From Epithemia pelagica (lineage: Eukaryota; Protista; Bacillariophyta): 64,000 nt of DNA. Where the stretch lies: positions 1,488,001-1,552,000 of the forward strand of contig OX337237.1 of NCBI GenBank assembly GCA_946965045.2, written 5' to 3'. A program made the position numbers and the translations under genes. The notes under the pieces were generated by a model. The model searched no databases. It had not been told where the DNA came from and was given only the letters and a program-made list of their open reading frames with translations. Shown here piece after piece: positions 32,097-43,138 of this stretch; positions within the stretch are counted from its first letter, which is position 1, and every line of letters begins with the position of its first letter.

Positions 32097-33902
32097 ATGA
32101 TCCAACGAGGGTGGAACCTTCTTCATTTCATGGCAGTTGTCTTCTCCATGTCTCACAATTCCAGTACAGGGCCGACGCTCCTACGGGTTGCCTCGGCCGC
32201 CACAACCACCAATAATGGCAAGACTCGAGGAATGTTTTCTCAGACCGCCTGGGTTTCTCCGATCCGTCGCAATGGCACTACACAACGAACAATTCGATAC
32301 CCCTTTGCTATGCATTCCTCCTTGATGATTGGGGCCAGTCGAGGTGTCGTCGTGGCAACCACGGCAGCGTCCTCATCGTCGTCACGATGGCATTCGCTCG
32401 CCGATCATCAACACCGTGCGATTTTACCTCGTGATCCCCAAAGGCCTTGGTCCTTGTCCTCGTCGTCCTTATCCTTGTATCGAGGCGGCGGCAGCAGCGA
32501 CAGCAGTGGTCCTTCATCGAATGATTCACCGTTTCGGAATACCCGACAATTCTCGTCCTCGACCACCAAATCGGATTCACACTCTGGCAGAGTACCGCCA
32601 TTGGCCATGGCGAGTACAGTGTCGTCGTCGTCATCTGAAAAGGATACGACGGACGATACCTTCCGTCAACGATTGCGCTTGTATTACGAACAAGCGTTTC
32701 GATTGGGCGAGGACGAATTGCCGGTCCAAAACTTTGGTGGCTTGTCCTTTTGGAATACGACACAACAAACCAAATTTCGTGTCATTTTTATCTTGGGTGG
32801 TCCCGGTGCTGGCAAGGGCACCCAGTCGGCCCTCATGACGGAGAATTATCCCAATGTCGTACACTTGTCCGTGGGACAATTGCTACGTCAAGAACAAACC
32901 AAGGCGGACTCTCCTCATCGAGCCTTGATTGAACAAGCCCTCGTGGCCGGGTCCATTGTCCCTGTCGAAATTTCCTTGGCCCTGGTCAAACAAGCCATGC
33001 AAGAACAACAACAACAAGCCACAACATTGGGCAACGACAACAGTGGCAAGGATGTTTTGTTTCTCATTGATGGTTTCCCTCGCAATCAAGACAACTTGTC
33101 TGGTTGGTGCAAATACATGGGCGATGTGGCTTCTGTTTGGTCCGTCTTCTTTTATACCTGTCCTCTCAATGTCTTGGAACAACGATTGTTGGAACGAGCC
33201 CAAAGTTCTGGTCGGTCCGATGACAATTTGAAGTCCATTCACAAACGATTTGCCACGTTTGAACAAGAAACGGTCCCCATTGTTCGACAAATGCAAGCCC
33301 TGTCCCAAATGACGGATGCGGACCTTTCACCACAGGAAAAAGACGACGACGACGACACGAATGAACAGACAAGAAATGGAGCACAAAAATGGTCCGTTAT
33401 GGAAATTGCGGGGGATCAAACCTTGGATCAAGTATGGTTGGCGACACAACAAGCATTGAATCAATTGATTCGACATGACGTTTTGACAGCGAATGCCCAA
33501 TTGTTGCATGCGGTAGAACAAGGGAATGCCTTGGCTTACAAGGAATGGTGCGATCCCTTGTGGTTTGCCAATAGCACTGATGCCACTGCCACATCCTCCG
33601 AGACGCCGAGTGCGGACCAAGAACTGGATATGGCCATGGAGGTGTTGCAGAATCACGAAGGAACCGGTGCGGATGATCCTTCCACGACGACTAACATTTT
33701 ATCTCGGGTGTGCAATGCGGAATTGGAATTTATTTCGGGCCAACATGTCGCCGTCAGTTACACTCGTCCTCTCGGTGGTCAAATGGTGCGAGAAAAGCGC
33801 TTGTGGGTCTACAGCAAGGGAGATGAAAAGGATGAAACTTCAACGACTCGTGGATGGCGCAACGTTCATTTCACTCGAACACCAGTGTCGCAGCCTTCGT
33901 AA
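32097..33902 (+). CDS. UMP-CMP/adenylate kinase-family protein with N-terminal extension and C-terminal NTF2/CaMKII-association-like domain
   Basis: GGPGAGKGTQ, HLSVGQLLR, LIDGFPRN, RSDDN...KRF motifs. C-terminal VLTANAQLLHAVEQGNALAYKEWCDP...VAVSYTR...EKRLW...WRNVHFTR. Confidence 0.88.
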   Translation: MIQRGWNLLHFMAVVFSMSHNSSTGPTLLRVASAATTTNNGKTRGMFSQTAWVSPIRRNGTTQRTIRYPFAMHSSLMIGASRGVVVATTAASSSSSRWHSLADHQHRAILPRDPQRPWSLSSSSLSLYRGGGSSDSSGPSSNDSPFRNTRQFSSSTTKSDSHSGRVPPLAMASTVSSSSSEKDTTDDTFRQRLRLYYEQAFRLGEDELPVQNFGGLSFWNTTQQTKFRVIFILGGPGAGKGTQSALMTENYPNVVHLSVGQLLRQEQTKADSPHRALIEQALVAGSIVPVEISLALVKQAMQEQQQQATTLGNDNSGKDVLFLIDGFPRNQDNLSGWCKYMGDVASVWSVFFYTCPLNVLEQRLLERAQSSGRSDDNLKSIHKRFATFEQETVPIVRQMQALSQMTDADLSPQEKDDDDDTNEQTRNGAQKWSVMEIAGDQTLDQVWLATQQALNQLIRHDVLTANAQLLHAVEQGNALAYKEWCDPLWFANSTDATATSSETPSADQELDMAMEVLQNHEGTGADDPSTTTNILSRVCNAELEFISGQHVAVSYTRPLGGQMVREKRLWVYSKGDEKDETSTTRGWRNVHFTRTPVSQPS

Positions 33903-34434
33903 TTGTGTTCTTGACTGCAAAGAGAAACGATTGGATCTATCCTATCTGGTAATAGGAACACTACAGAATCTGGTTGTACAAATGGTACGGGTTCATTGTG
34001 CATTCATCTGGCTCCATTTCTTAGATTTTAACGTTTAGGACTAGTTGCGCCATACAAATAGACAGATTGTTTGCCTTCATACCTGCGTCCCTGAGTGATA
34101 TGCTTTGACCAAAGGGAGGGACAACAAGTAACCTGCTGAACTTGGAAACATACCAACAGATTCTACTGCCTGGACAGGGTACCGTCACTCCGGCTTCATT
34201 CCCGGTTCAACCACGAATGCCCTTCTCTGCTCTGTAACCTTTCGAAGCCTTGGTACGATGGCGCCAAGAACCTTCAGTGACCAATTTCGTGTTATGGCCA
34301 GTGAAACCAAGGCCCGCTACCGACCATTCGAGACAGTCCGCCCTTCCAAACCCTGCATATGGAATCCAACCGACTTGCAGGAGGCCGACTGACTGATTTT
34401 GCGGGCCAAGGTTTTCACTTCCAGTCAGAACATT

Positions 34435-36174
34435 CTACAAAATGACACACGTATCATTGTTGTTGCCCAAGAGTCGCCGTTCATGGGGATCACGACTGGT
34501 GCAGGTATAATGCCATGGCGTCCAGTTGGCACCACACACAAAACACCACTCTCGCCCACAAGGACAGGTAATGTGATTGCATCCATCAATCCGTGATGTC
34601 AACGTGTGACAGCCGGGGCACATGCGAGCTCCAATGGTATGTGCCGCCACGGCGGCCAATTCGGACTGGTCGTTGCCGCCGCCACCACCTCGGGCTTGTA
34701 CGGGCATGCAGCGTTGATACTCTCGACACGATTTGCCCCCATGATAGTTGCGTAGAAACATCCATGGTTGTCGACACAATCCACAAAAGACATAGTGGCA
34801 TTTCGCACAGACCATGCGGCGTCCGTCCTTCTTTTTGCCATCACTGGACAAGACATCCGGATGATCTGCGTCTATCGGTGGTGGCGGTGAATGAGAGGCA
34901 CCAAAATGCAAATACTCTGCTTCAACCCAGGGTTCCTCGTCCTCACCGACCTCTTCTGGCTGGGGAGGGCTAAACCACAAAAAGTATCGCTGCCGTTCAT
35001 TCACTTGTTTGTGTCGACGATGCGCCGGGTCCGCTACAATCCACGAATAGTCACAATTGGGCGCAGGACAATGTTGAATCATGACTGGTTCTGGTCTTGT
35101 TGTGGTAGTTGCAGGGTTCTCAGCAGAAGAGTCATTTTGTTCCATGGCATCGTTGGCTCCATGGTGTTGGGATGCTACGCGGCGTGTGGAGGCCCCTCTT
35201 GTGGTAGAACGATGGCGAATGCTGGATGGTGACGTACCGGCTGTGGTTCTAGAAGTGTTGGTGGAACGGGTGGCGGTCGGAGGATTGGTCAATGTGCGCA
35301 ATCCAGTATTGATACTCCATCGTTCGTAATGACCAATCGCTTGTTGTTCGGATCGTGTATGCAAAAAGTACCACCACAACCGATACCGATGGCAGGATTG
35401 CAGGGTACCCGGTTCGTGCGACACGGCACAGGCCGCAAACAACCAAGAATGAAGGGCTACAAAAAAGCCACACCAATAATACAAGACACATCCGACCATG
35501 TACCACACCGCATGAAAATGGTGACGGTGCAAACAGGCACGAATTTCCGAATCGGACAAGGCTTCACCGCATCCGGCAGGGCAGGTCAACGGTCGCTGTC
35601 CTCCGGTCAAGGCATCCTCCCAGATGGTTGTCATGTGTCGATGGAGACAGGAATCACAGCACGTTTGGTGACAGCAGGGTCGGCGAGCATGAGTCGCTGC
35701 CAAGCCGCGAAGCGTGTCCGCACACAACAAACATTCCAGAGGTTGTGCTGGTGGTGCGCGTGGAGTAGGAACAGCCGAGGAAGGAGGAGAAGGCGGGGGC
35801 GATTCATCGGAAGGGTTCGGAGGGGAATCTTTTTGACCTTCCAAATTAGAAGCACTACTGGTCACCGTAATTTTCACCTCCATTGTACTGGTCGTCACCA
35901 CAATTTCCTCCTCCTTTTCCTCCCTGTCCCCTGCTTCGTCTCGCGATACTGAAGATGATGGATCTGTTACATTGAGTAACAGATCCGTAGGATTGGTTGT
36001 ACTACCACCTTGTGGGGCCATTCTATCTGTTTCGGCCACTGTCGTCGTATTAGATTTTCGTTTCGATGGTGATATTCGAAGACTAGATAACAGCTTCTTC
36101 CTTCGTGGCCTTGAAGATGACAGACTAGCTTGATGCTCTTGTCCTTGCCGGAAGTGTCGATGTTGCTGCTCCAT
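34435..36174 (-). CDS. RBR (RING-IBR-RING) E3 ubiquitin ligase with C-terminal CaaX
   Basis: RING1 CLLC...CCHQTCCDSC...CP; IBR CPAPNC...CAKCHYVFCGLC...H...C; RING2 CPGC...DGCNHITCPCGREWCFVC; ends CVIL-stop. Confidence 0.88.
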   Translation of the reverse strand: MEQQHRHFRQGQEHQASLSSSRPRRKKLLSSLRISPSKRKSNTTTVAETDRMAPQGGSTTNPTDLLLNVTDPSSSVSRDEAGDREEKEEEIVVTTSTMEVKITVTSSASNLEGQKDSPPNPSDESPPPSPPSSAVPTPRAPPAQPLECLLCADTLRGLAATHARRPCCHQTCCDSCLHRHMTTIWEDALTGGQRPLTCPAGCGEALSDSEIRACLHRHHFHAVWYMVGCVLYYWCGFFVALHSWLFAACAVSHEPGTLQSCHRYRLWWYFLHTRSEQQAIGHYERWSINTGLRTLTNPPTATRSTNTSRTTAGTSPSSIRHRSTTRGASTRRVASQHHGANDAMEQNDSSAENPATTTTRPEPVMIQHCPAPNCDYSWIVADPAHRRHKQVNERQRYFLWFSPPQPEEVGEDEEPWVEAEYLHFGASHSPPPPIDADHPDVLSSDGKKKDGRRMVCAKCHYVFCGLCRQPWMFLRNYHGGKSCREYQRCMPVQARGGGGGNDQSELAAVAAHTIGARMCPGCHTLTSRIDGCNHITCPCGREWCFVCGANWTPWHYTCTSRDPHERRLLGNNNDTCVIL

Positions 36175-36551
36175 TCTTGTCTCGCCCAAAACTGGGGACA
36201 AAAAGAGAAAATCTTCGCAGACTCGATCACGTACGCCCAGGCGAGTTGTAGTCGCGCGCCGCAATGGTTGGAGCAGAAATCCTCGAATGATCCTCATCTT
36301 GAGCCGCTAGGGTGTTCTGTCTACGGTCCGCGTTTGAAGTTTGCCAGTCGCGCGGCCAGGCTGGCTCGACGTCGCCGGAGCTTCCGAGTAATGGTCGCGG
36401 AACGACTTTTAGTCGCATATGTCTCGGTGCTTACGCACGACAATGGTGGGAGGCGACTTTTTCATCTCCCTGCTGGACTTGGAGATTTGATACCAGAATT
36501 GTTTGATCTGTTGTCCTTCAACATCATTGAAAAGCTTCCGCACACAGGACG

Positions 36552-37370
36552 ATGAGAATAGCCCAACGAAACTTTGCATTCATTCTGATCCTTGCAACCT
36601 TGTCGTCATTTTCCCTTGCTTGGACAACTTCTGTGTCGGAATCATCTCCATCATACGTTCACCGTTCATCATCGGTCCATGCTCTGGCAGAGGGGAGCCA
36701 TGGTGCAATAAATAGCCTCCCGTTTGCAGTCAGTTCCCCCACGGAAACTCGAAGAACGGTTCTTTCCAGAATGGCAAAGGTGGCCCTATCATCTCCAGCG
36801 TGGATGGCCATGACAAGTCCACAACCAGCAACAGCCTATGAACCGGACCCAGACCCAGTAAAAGAATCGCTTTACCTTCTATGTCGTGTCCAAGAAGCAA
36901 CCTTACTTCAGGAACGGTACATCAACAAGGCTCAACCACCGATTCAAAAAATGAAGCTCACTCTACGATTGGTCGAACGCAGTTATCGAATCATGGATCA
37001 AATCAATTTCTTGTCCAAATCCATATCGGCCGACAATTTGGTGGTAGCCGTTCAGGCTGGCGACGAAGCTGCAGAAAGTTTGGAGGATGCCATTGATTTT
37101 GTCAAACGGTATGATCCCAAGGATATCAGCTCCATGACCAATGACCAACGAGATTTTTTGATTACCGAATTGACCAATACACGCGAGCGCATTTTTGATT
37201 TTGTGGAATTCATACCGGATCAATCCAAACTGGAGGATGCTAGAAAACGAGTGGAAGAAGAAAACAAATTAAACCGCGAAGAGTTTGATCCTGATTTGGC
37301 CAATGATGCCGGTGTTTACAATCCCATTATCCTTCCCTGGATCAAGCGCCAAAAGGGATCCAAGTCATGA
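36552..37370 (+). CDS. Uncharacterised helical protein, predicted plastid thylakoid-lumen targeted
   Basis: Signal peptide ending SLA-W, Ser-rich transit peptide, then twin-Arg TRRTVL, hydrophobic stretch and ATA cleavage motif. Confidence 0.7.
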   Translation: MRIAQRNFAFILILATLSSFSLAWTTSVSESSPSYVHRSSSVHALAEGSHGAINSLPFAVSSPTETRRTVLSRMAKVALSSPAWMAMTSPQPATAYEPDPDPVKESLYLLCRVQEATLLQERYINKAQPPIQKMKLTLRLVERSYRIMDQINFLSKSISADNLVVAVQAGDEAAESLEDAIDFVKRYDPKDISSMTNDQRDFLITELTNTRERIFDFVEFIPDQSKLEDARKRVEEENKLNREEFDPDLANDAGVYNPIILPWIKRQKGSKS

Positions 37371-38065
37371 TGAGTGCCATGCCGGCATAATACTTGCAAG
37401 GCATAAATGCCTCGTCAAGGAATCTTGGGTACCTGCTGCTAAGTTTTCACTGCTTCAGATAGTTCTTTGCCTTCTAGAGCTTACAAGACCGAAAAATGAT
37501 GATAAGTGCTAGAAGTACCATCGAAATTTCTACGGGATTTATCCTGTCATGTCTGGAATATCGCACCAACACTTCGCATGTAAAACAAAGGCCAAAATCT
37601 GCTTACGGTCTTCAACCAGTACCAGATGAAGAGCACCGAAAACCTCACTTTCAAGCAATCTAATAAAGTCGTGTCGTTCTCCGACTTTCTGCGCCCAAAG
37701 AGGTGGATCAATAAGAAAGAACTGGTGCTTCCTCATCCGTGTGAGAGTCTGTTGTCCAAACACGAGCCAGGTTTACTATCGGCAACGACTGAATCGCAAA
37801 TATGCATGTCTTCTTTTGGCCTGGACTTTGTAACCATAGACTTCGTGCGACTTTGGCAAATCTGGTGACAGTTTTATCCTACGCGGGAATCCTTAAAAAG
37901 CGTCTCTGATATTGAAGTATGAAAGAAATAAATTATCTTCTTCCATACACTAAACACCTTATCATGTCTTTGTGATCGATTCGAATTCTATGTTCTCGTT
38001 TCTCGTTCGCTTTAGTGCTCGAGGCATCTGATCAAAGCAACGAGAGAAAATGTGCGCTGCTCTAT

Positions 38066-38971
38066 CTATTGAAATCCAGCGGTATTTGCTTCCACCCATT
38101 GAGTCATGGTCAAGGGCTTTTCACCCGTAATTTTGCTGAAGTCATTCGTGCTTTTTGTTTCATTGGTCACGTTGCTGTCATTGTCAATCATTTTAAACAA
38201 TTCCATAATGCCGTCGACTTGCCATTCCGGAAATCCCATGCCCATAAAGGCTTCTTTCGCGGCGGGATAGGGCACTGTCGTCACAGTCACTTCCTTCTTG
38301 AGTGCAGTAGTAAAAGCCTTTGCCAATTGTTGCAGGGTAAAGCCTGGCATGACGAGCTTGTACGTTTTGTTGTGATGCCCTTTAGGATTGGCCAAAATAT
38401 CCGCCGACGCCTTGCCAACGTCATTCACAGCGATAGGAGTGAAAAGCTTGTTGGAGTCACGCGGGTCATAAAATGTGGAACTATCCTTGATGGATTGAGC
38501 ACCGGCATAAAAATTGTCCATAAACAATGGAAGACGAACAATGCCATAGCTTTTCAATCCGGCCGTCTTGATGGCTTCTTCGATAGGAGCCATTTGCTTG
38601 CCAAAGATTGAATCTGTCTCGACGGTCAAGACGGAAACCACCAATGTGTATTTTACCCCGGCTGCCTTGGCGGCATTGATTCCATTGATGGTCAACTTGG
38701 CACGGTCTTCATGTCCTGGTGTCACCAAATAAACGCAGTCGTAGTCTTTGAGGATGGCAGCAACACTGTCTTTATCTCCTCCCATGTCAGCCTTGACTAC
38801 TTGGACACCCTCCATAGTTCCGAATTTGGCCGGATCTCGAACGCCGGCAAACACTTGCACTTTCTTGCCATGACGCGATACCAAGTTGGAAAGTGTTGCC
38901 TTGCCAATATATCCACTGGCTCCAAGCACCAAAACTTTGGGCTTGCCGTTCGATGGAAGAATGTTACCCAT
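38066..38971 (-). CDS. NmrA-like / atypical SDR NAD(P)-binding protein
   Basis: VLVLGASGYIGK, VFAGVRDP, IVRLPLFMDN, IAVNDVGK motifs. First ATG at 38971. Confidence 0.88.
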   Translation of the reverse strand: MGNILPSNGKPKVLVLGASGYIGKATLSNLVSRHGKKVQVFAGVRDPAKFGTMEGVQVVKADMGGDKDSVAAILKDYDCVYLVTPGHEDRAKLTINGINAAKAAGVKYTLVVSVLTVETDSIFGKQMAPIEEAIKTAGLKSYGIVRLPLFMDNFYAGAQSIKDSSTFYDPRDSNKLFTPIAVNDVGKASADILANPKGHHNKTYKLVMPGFTLQQLAKAFTTALKKEVTVTTVPYPAAKEAFMGMGFPEWQVDGIMELFKMIDNDSNVTNETKSTNDFSKITGEKPLTMTQWVEANTAGFQ

Positions 38972-39899
38972 TTTGATTATAGTACGATGAAAAGTCCTCT
39001 GCAATTGTCAACAAGTTGATTTGTGAGAAGGCTGTGGTCATTGCTCATATTTGCGTTTTAGGCTGTAGGCTGTTTGTCAAGGAGCAGCATCGATTTTCGA
39101 AGAAAGTCGGCCAGAAAATCGATCGGGAAGAAAACAGATCCGAAGATGGATTAGAATACGTTCGAACAAGTTCGAATCGTAGCACCTTTCCTCAGTCGCA
39201 CCAAAATGGATGGGTCTCTTTTCTATCGCGGAAGACTTTTCCAACCTCTCTTGTCTATTCGCTTCTTGGCTGAAAATACGAGTAGACTGAAAATAAGGTT
39301 AATAACCCCTTGGGTGTTGAATGTTGATTGAAGGCGAAAGCGACAATCGCTTGCGCCTTTATATGATGGCAACACGACAGGAAACAATTTTCTTTATCGC
39401 AGCTCATAGCTCTAAAATGTGTTGATCCTTCACATTCTTTGCGCTTTGTCAAATCTGTTGAAAATCGATGTAGAAAGGCGAAACGACAAGTGAACTTATA
39501 CTATTCAAACAATCTGCGAGAGCTTTTTTGAGAAGTGCCTTGCCTTGCGCACTTTCAATGTATTTCTTGAGTGGGTTTTGCCTGACATCTCGGCGCTGTC
39601 CCTTTTTGTATTGCCAGCTACAAACTTTCGCATCGACACAGTCGACAACAACCTTTATTTCTTGATGTTAAACCAGCGCTGGAAGCCTTATCATTTATCA
39701 TCGACTTCGCCAGGCAGTTTTGCTTTGGTCCTCGACTATTCGGAAGTAGCATGCATGCTCGCGCGCAGTCCTGTCCTGCGATGAAGCGTTCCTAGACTTT
39801 GTTCTCGCTCACTTTTTTCTGCCCCAGACCACAGACACAAACCATCGTCGGATCAAACCATTGCAAGAATCCATTGGAAGAGTAAACGCCCTTGGTTAC

Positions 39900-40727
39900 A
39901 TGACAGCAACAATGCCCAACCGAACGCTACATGGGAAGGAAAGTGGTGTCAACCCGACTCCACCCATTGCGACAGCGGTCCCTGCCACTCAGATAGACGA
40001 CTCCATTCACGTGGACTCCACTGAATCTGTCGTCACGCCGTCACCCAACTCTATGGGAATCATCTTGACCTCAACCATCCCAGGCTTTTCTGTGTCCATG
40101 GAGCAAGACCGCGTTCGCTCATCGAAACCGGAAACAATCAAGTGCACTCAAACACAAGATACCACTATCATTGTTCGAAAATGGCTGGATGGGAACGAAC
40201 TTGCCTTGGCAGGATATATCTTGGGCATTTGTCTTTGGTATATTATTTTGGTTGTGATCCTGCTTGTCGATATTCTTGAGGGTCGTTTGATTCTCATTTT
40301 CCTGGTACCTCATTCGATCATTGGAGTTTGGGAAATTTGGCATGCATTGAAATTGGCCTGCAATTGCACCACAGTCACCCTCAATACTACTGACATAGCA
40401 GTCGAAGTGAAACCATGTGCCTTTTGTCCAGAACAATGCCGAAAGTTCCCTTTGGAGTCAATCAAAGAAGTTTCATGGCAGCGTCATGAGTCGTCTTTCT
40501 TTTCACTAGCGTCAACTGACAATAATTCCACCAACACGATGGTGGCCCAGCAGCCGAATGTGACCTATGCGGTCATGCTGACGCAACGTGATGGGAAAAC
40601 AATAAAGATACTGGGACACCCAGTTGTCCAATGTGAACAGGAAGCAGTCTTTATCAAGTCCCAAATGGAACGTCACGTTCAAAATTCATCAGTGGTTGTG
40701 ACTGTCGATGTCGACGACCGAATCTAG
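39900..40727 (+). CDS. Two-TM membrane protein with possible C-terminal bacterial PH-like domain
   Basis: Adjacent hydrophobic helices (LAGYILGICLWYIILVVILLV; LILIFLVPHSIIGVW) followed by a beta-rich segment (FPLESIKEVSW...YAVMLTQRDGKTIKIL). Confidence 0.6.
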   Translation: MTATMPNRTLHGKESGVNPTPPIATAVPATQIDDSIHVDSTESVVTPSPNSMGIILTSTIPGFSVSMEQDRVRSSKPETIKCTQTQDTTIIVRKWLDGNELALAGYILGICLWYIILVVILLVDILEGRLILIFLVPHSIIGVWEIWHALKLACNCTTVTLNTTDIAVEVKPCAFCPEQCRKFPLESIKEVSWQRHESSFFSLASTDNNSTNTMVAQQPNVTYAVMLTQRDGKTIKILGHPVVQCEQEAVFIKSQMERHVQNSSVVVTVDVDDRI

Positions 40728-41090
40728 CATGATACAGAAATATGCCAAGCCGTGTATTTGTCTTCTGCGCCAACGAAGGAAACATTTCCAGTTTCCAAGC
40801 TTGTGTGAGCATTGTCTCGTATTGAGCTTTATATCTACTCCTAATACCTACTCCTTAGTTCCAACGACTACCTTCCCAGAAATTCGTCTAACAAATATTT
40901 AAGAAGACTGGGCTGTCGTGCCATTTGGGTCTTGCGAGCACGGAGAGCACGCGGTTGGTCCTTTTGCACTCGCACCATTTTTTCGTTTTCGCAGGATTCA
41001 ACTGATCTCTTCAATTCGGTCCGGTCCGGCTATCGAATACAACATTGCGAAAACGCTGACCTCTCATCGGTGCCATTGAAGCTCGAAAAG

Positions 41091-42440
41091 ATGATGGGCC
41101 GTGAAGAACGCCAGAGGCCTTTGTCGCCAACAATGGAAGCCCGACTTATGCGTCAGAATCGGCTCATGTCGAATCGTCCGAAATCTGTTCCACTAGCACC
41201 ACCAACGATAAACATCCCAGTGCGTCGAGTCATTATCCGACGGCCTAAAAAGCGGATTGGGCCAGTTGTGGTACCTTCTTTTCAGGGAGGAGGGGTATGC
41301 TTTTCTCACAAGTCAATGCCGTTGGCTGACACAGTTTCAGTCAGCGACAACGAGGATGCAGATGCAACAACTTTGTCCAGTGCAGACGCCCAAATTTATG
41401 CCATCAACAACACCTTCCAGAATAAACGACATATATACAACAGGAAGCCGTTGATGGACAAGGAAGATGGAAGTGATACGGTTACAACAGCCACCGCTAG
41501 TGGTGACTCCCTCTTCACACCGAATCAGCATTCACCAGGAAGGTCTCGTCGACGTTCACCAACTCAAAACCAAGATCACATTCATCCGATACATACGGTG
41601 GGTCGCCAGCGTAAGTTCGTCCAGGTTCCGGAGGATATATCAAGTCTTGGGGATTCTTCGCCGGATCACAGCCAGAATGGGAAGATTCCTCCATCGGATG
41701 TTAGAAGCATCTGGGACCAGGACACTCAGGACCACTCATCTGTTTCGTCATCGTACAGTCCAGGTGCTTCTCCTTTCTCTAGTTGCACAGCAGACATGTA
41801 TACGAAGACAAGGCATGCTCCAACTCAAGAAACAAGAACCAACCTCCGCTCAAGCAATGTCTGCGAAAATCCTTTTGAACAAAGAAGTGCCGTCCACAGG
41901 GATTCCCAACATTCGCAAAGTCTTGCCTCCTCCGTTTTGCATACCAGCGACGACCATGCATGCTTTACTCCCACGCCCGAATCGAAGGTGACTACGGTCA
42001 GCTTCGATGAACAGAATAGCAATCAAAACCCTGATTCACAAACGTCTGAATGTATTTGTACCCCCTACCGACAATCAAATCCTCAGCTTGTTGATAATGG
42101 CAGGAAAATAATTGCCAGACCTCTCAAAGGAACAAAGTGGTGGGAAATGACTGAAACGGAATCTGCGTGGATTGAACACAAAATGAAGCCAATATATGAT
42201 CTCTTGTCTCAAAGCCAGGGGGAGGAATTGCCCCCGCCTTCCTCGACAGCCATGTTACGTATTTTTGAATGTGGAGAAGATGAGGAGCATCAAAAAGTGA
42301 AAGCAAGGAAAAACGTGCAGAACGAACGGTCGGCCGAAACAATGAGCAATGAACAACAAAACGCCATCCTGGACGAAGTGCTGGATGACATGTTAGAAGA
42401 AAACGATGGTGGTTCTCAACTCAACTTGTCGGTCCAATAG
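41091..42440 (+). CDS. Hypothetical low-complexity Ser/Pro/Arg-rich protein
   Basis: Long ORF (open from 40932); first ATG at 41091; no domain recognised. Confidence 0.6.
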   Translation: MMGREERQRPLSPTMEARLMRQNRLMSNRPKSVPLAPPTINIPVRRVIIRRPKKRIGPVVVPSFQGGGVCFSHKSMPLADTVSVSDNEDADATTLSSADAQIYAINNTFQNKRHIYNRKPLMDKEDGSDTVTTATASGDSLFTPNQHSPGRSRRRSPTQNQDHIHPIHTVGRQRKFVQVPEDISSLGDSSPDHSQNGKIPPSDVRSIWDQDTQDHSSVSSSYSPGASPFSSCTADMYTKTRHAPTQETRTNLRSSNVCENPFEQRSAVHRDSQHSQSLASSVLHTSDDHACFTPTPESKVTTVSFDEQNSNQNPDSQTSECICTPYRQSNPQLVDNGRKIIARPLKGTKWWEMTETESAWIEHKMKPIYDLLSQSQGEELPPPSSTAMLRIFECGEDEEHQKVKARKNVQNERSAETMSNEQQNAILDEVLDDMLEENDGGSQLNLSVQ

Positions 42441-43138
42441 AACCCTCTCTACTTGTCTCGCTGTATTCATATTTACTTAGAAAAGTCTACATCGTACTGT
42501 TGTTCCCTCATATTTTGCCTTCCGATGCTTGTTAGTTATTCGATGCTTGAAGACAGAAATGTAAATGGATATTATAGATGATCAAATAATATTAACGGAC
42601 CAGAGCACTACCAGTACACGGAGCAATTTGGAAATCTTATTCAGACACATTTAGCTCCTTATCTGTTTCATTCCAGATGCTCTGACGGAGTCCGCCGCAG
42701 GACTTGATAAGGGGGGAAGTAGGAAGTATAGCTTCCATTGCCCGAGACCTGATGTTTATGTGCCGTTGCAGCTGAAATTGAACCCTACATTTCGGTAAGA
42801 TGCAATCCTTCTGCAGGCTTTACAGGTGTTACAGTAGGTAGTGCATCCGCGACCTAAAAGGTCAAAGTCTCTCACGAGGAGCTTAAGTGGGATTGGATAG
42901 TTTGAGTCATGCAGTGGCAAGTAGGTACAGAAGCAGCCATCGTACAGCCCTCAAGTGTTAACTGTTCAATGCATTCAACAGTAACACTTCTCTCTGGCAA
43001 GGAGGACACAAGATACGGTATTTTGGGTCGGGCTACTGAGTGACCCGGTCCAGTTTTCCGCATTCAACGATGGAGGACAACGACTTGCAATGTTCTTGCA
43101 GAAAACTTGAACTCAATACAACTTGAGAGGGGTAAGCA

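Noticed and set aside
38951-38971. N-myristoylation of the NmrA-like protein (MGNILPS)
   Set aside because: Gly2 is present but position 6 is Pro rather than Ser/Thr; support is weak.
39160-39182. GTTCGAA motifs resembling a tRNA T-loop
   Set aside because: No cloverleaf or A-box context. No tRNA, rRNA or CRISPR array was found anywhere in the window.
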